This document shows positions 62,516-64,000 of a stretch of 64,000 nt of DNA, piece after piece. The notes beneath the pieces were generated by a model. It was not told the DNA's origin, ran no database searches, and saw only the letters and a list, made by a program, of their open reading frames with translations. Both the position numbers and the translations under genes were made by a program. How positions within the stretch are numbered: position 1 is the first letter of the stretch; each line of letters starts with the position of its first letter. The stretch spans positions 1,190 through 65,189 of the forward strand of contig CAKVMD010000004.1 of the NCBI GenBank assembly GCA_934771475.1. Direction: 5' to 3'. Source of the stretch: an uncultured Clostridia bacterium (GTDB lineage Bacteria > Bacillota > Clostridia > Christensenellales > UBA1242).

Positions 62516-63148
62516 TTAAGCAAATTCATATTTTTTTATCGTTATTTGGGCGTTGGTTAGGCTTGCACTGCTTCCGCCTTCGAGCGTAACTACCATTGAT
62601 ATAACATCATTTGCGTTTAGAGTGTAAACGCCAGAAAATGCCATGGTTTCACGCCCGCCATTTTCAGTGAGAGATGCTCCCGGTCTGTCAATGACAAGAT
62701 TGTTGAGCGTTACCGCATCATTTTTGACTTCAACCTTTATTCCGTCATTTTGGGAAAGCCCTTCAAGCGTTCCACTTACGGTTATTTCGTAAGTTCCATC
62801 CTCTCCAATTACAATTCCGTTGTTTGTGCCATTTGAGGTGAAAACTGTTGTTCCAGCAGGAAGATATGAACTTGAATTGAATGCTACTGTTCCACTTGCG
62901 GTTGCATCGTTTAAGTCAACATAGGCAAGAGCGCTGATGCTTGCAGTCCCTGCTTCACCGGTAGGACCAGTAGGACCGGTTGGCCCCGTAGGTCCAGTTG
63001 GACCCGTTGGGCCGGTTGGCCCCGTAGCGCCAGTTGCGCCAACAGGACCCGCAGGGCCGGTAGGCCCGGTTACGCCTTGAAAACCACGATTTATAATGAA
63101 AATGGGTCTGTTTGGATTATTACAACCATTGTTAAAGCAACAAGGCAT
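62516..63148 (-). CDS. BclA-like collagen-repeat protein (Cys-rich N-terminus, G-X-Y region, beta-rich C-terminal domain)
   Basis: 15 G-X-Y triplets from G22 to G67, including a run of 7 consecutive GPT. The layout matches exosporium collagen-like glycoproteins. AAGGAGG RBS. Confidence 0.8.
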   Translation of the reverse strand: MPCCFNNGCNNPNRPIFIINRGFQGVTGPTGPAGPVGATGATGPTGPTGPTGPTGPTGPTGPTGEAGTASISALAYVDLNDATASGTVAFNSSSYLPAGTTVFTSNGTNNGIVIGEDGTYEITVSGTLEGLSQNDGIKVEVKNDAVTLNNLVIDRPGASLTENGGRETMAFSGVYTLNANDVISMVVTLEGGSSASLTNAQITIKKYEFA

Positions 63149-63315
63149 AATTCCTCCTTTGTTAGAGCAGATTGCTCCAATGTCATTATATGAAAAAATT
63201 GCCTTGCTTGTTTATGTAAAATTTTTGCAAGGCAGATGTTTTTTCAATGTGTTTAAAGTTTTAACTCGCAGCATTGGCGCTTGCGCATTGACGATTGTTC
63301 AATTTATTTGAAACA

Positions 63316-63735
63316 TTAGGTCAGTGCGTTAAAAATGTTTTGCAGGTTCGTTTTGATAATGCCGATACTTCTGTTATACTCTGGAATATTGATAAGCTTC
63401 TCAATTTCGCTGGCAAGTAATATGCCCTTTTGATAGAGCGCTTTCATTTCGCTTTTATCATCGTTCTCTTTAAGGTCAAGGGGAGTGGCGAACAATGAGT
63501 AGAAAAGGTTTGAAAGTAAAAGTTCGGTTTGGTCAAGTGTGTCTTGACGCTCCTCGGTTTTGTCTACCTCTTTAATAGCATTAAGAGTGGTGTACAGGTC
63601 TTGCATCAGATTTCTTATCTGTGGCAATAGGGTGGTTTCTGCCATGGTGGCAACTTTTCCAACCATTAAGCCCTTTGCTTGCGCGAGTTCATATTTTTCT
63701 GTGAGCAAATTATAATTACAAAAAAACTTGTGCAT
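63316..63735 (-). CDS. helical hypothetical protein
   Basis: AAGGAG precedes the ATG at 63735 (MHKFFCNYNLL...). No family recognised. Confidence 0.5.
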   Translation of the reverse strand: MHKFFCNYNLLTEKYELAQAKGLMVGKVATMAETTLLPQIRNLMQDLYTTLNAIKEVDKTEERQDTLDQTELLLSNLFYSLFATPLDLKENDDKSEMKALYQKGILLASEIEKLINIPEYNRSIGIIKTNLQNIFNALT

Positions 63736-63791
63736 AAATTTCTCCTTACACAAGTTTATATGATTGAATTTAAAATATTGTTAATACAATG

Positions 63792-64000
63792 TTATTTGAC
63801 TTGGACAACGCTTGCCCCGCCGATAATTCTAATAAATACGGGAATTAAAATATTTACAACTAGGATAAGCGAAATGAGCACTGCAAGACCAATAATTGTG
63901 TTTTTAAGTCTTGTCGATGCAGTTTTTCTTTTATCATCACTTTCACTTTTAGCAAGGTTTATGCCAAGAATGATTGAGTATACAACGCCTGCTCCGCCAA
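63792..64000 (-). CDS. partial CDS (C-terminal end of a two-TM small membrane protein; runs off the window)
   Basis: The reverse complement reads ...GGAGVVYSIILGINLAKSESDDKRKTASTRLKNTIIGLAVLISLILVVNILIPVFIRIIGGASVVQVK*. Open to the window edge. Confidence 0.4.
   Translation of the reverse strand, partial: GGAGVVYSIILGINLAKSESDDKRKTASTRLKNTIIGLAVLISLILVVNILIPVFIRIIGGASVVQVK

Overview
AT-rich chromosomal DNA from a low-GC Gram-positive (Bacillota-type) bacterium. It uses the standard code (TGA terminates ychF) and has ordinary AGGAGG ribosome-binding sites and TTGACA-17-TATAAT promoters. I cannot name the species. I support about 45 CDS and 3 intact tRNAs: Arg-ACG, initiator Met-CAT and Ser-CGA. 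Most genes are housekeeping: dapA, folD, rnhB, alr, tmk, uvrC, hisS, helD, gyrB-gyrA, mrnC-rlmB-sigH, ychF, secA and rpmG-secE-nusG-rplK-rplA. Two giant orphan ORFs take up 15,009 of the 64,000 bp. One encodes 2169 aa, has no signal peptide and is mostly helical with a central hydrophobic hairpin. The other encodes 2832 aa with a signal peptide, many beta-sandwich-like modules and a C-terminal anchor. Both lie where the conserved sigH-rpmG-secE-nusG-rplKA-(rplJL) block is broken. A BclA-like collagen-repeat protein together with sigH suggests a spore former (inference). I saw no CRISPR array, transposase, integrase, reverse transcriptase or recognisable defence gene, so no complete new multi-gene system can be claimed. 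The signals most worth follow-up are non-coding. (1) Two unrelated 11-bp x 7 tandem arrays each sit in a pocket between convergent terminators. (2) A GTGAGTnnACTCAC palindromic repeat family overlaps the stop codons of ychF and of the 2832-aa gene. (3) A 95-nt perfect four-way-junction element lies between gyrA and helD. (4) tRNA-Arg 3'-half scars bracket a lipoprotein cassette. (5) A promoter/terminator-delimited small-RNA island lies downstream of tRNA-fMet. (6) A DnaA-box cluster occurs without dnaA. (7) Seven phased A-tracts lie in the divergent promoter region of the giant surface-protein gene. All functional calls rest on motifs read from the supplied translations and on recalled family knowledge; no database search was run.
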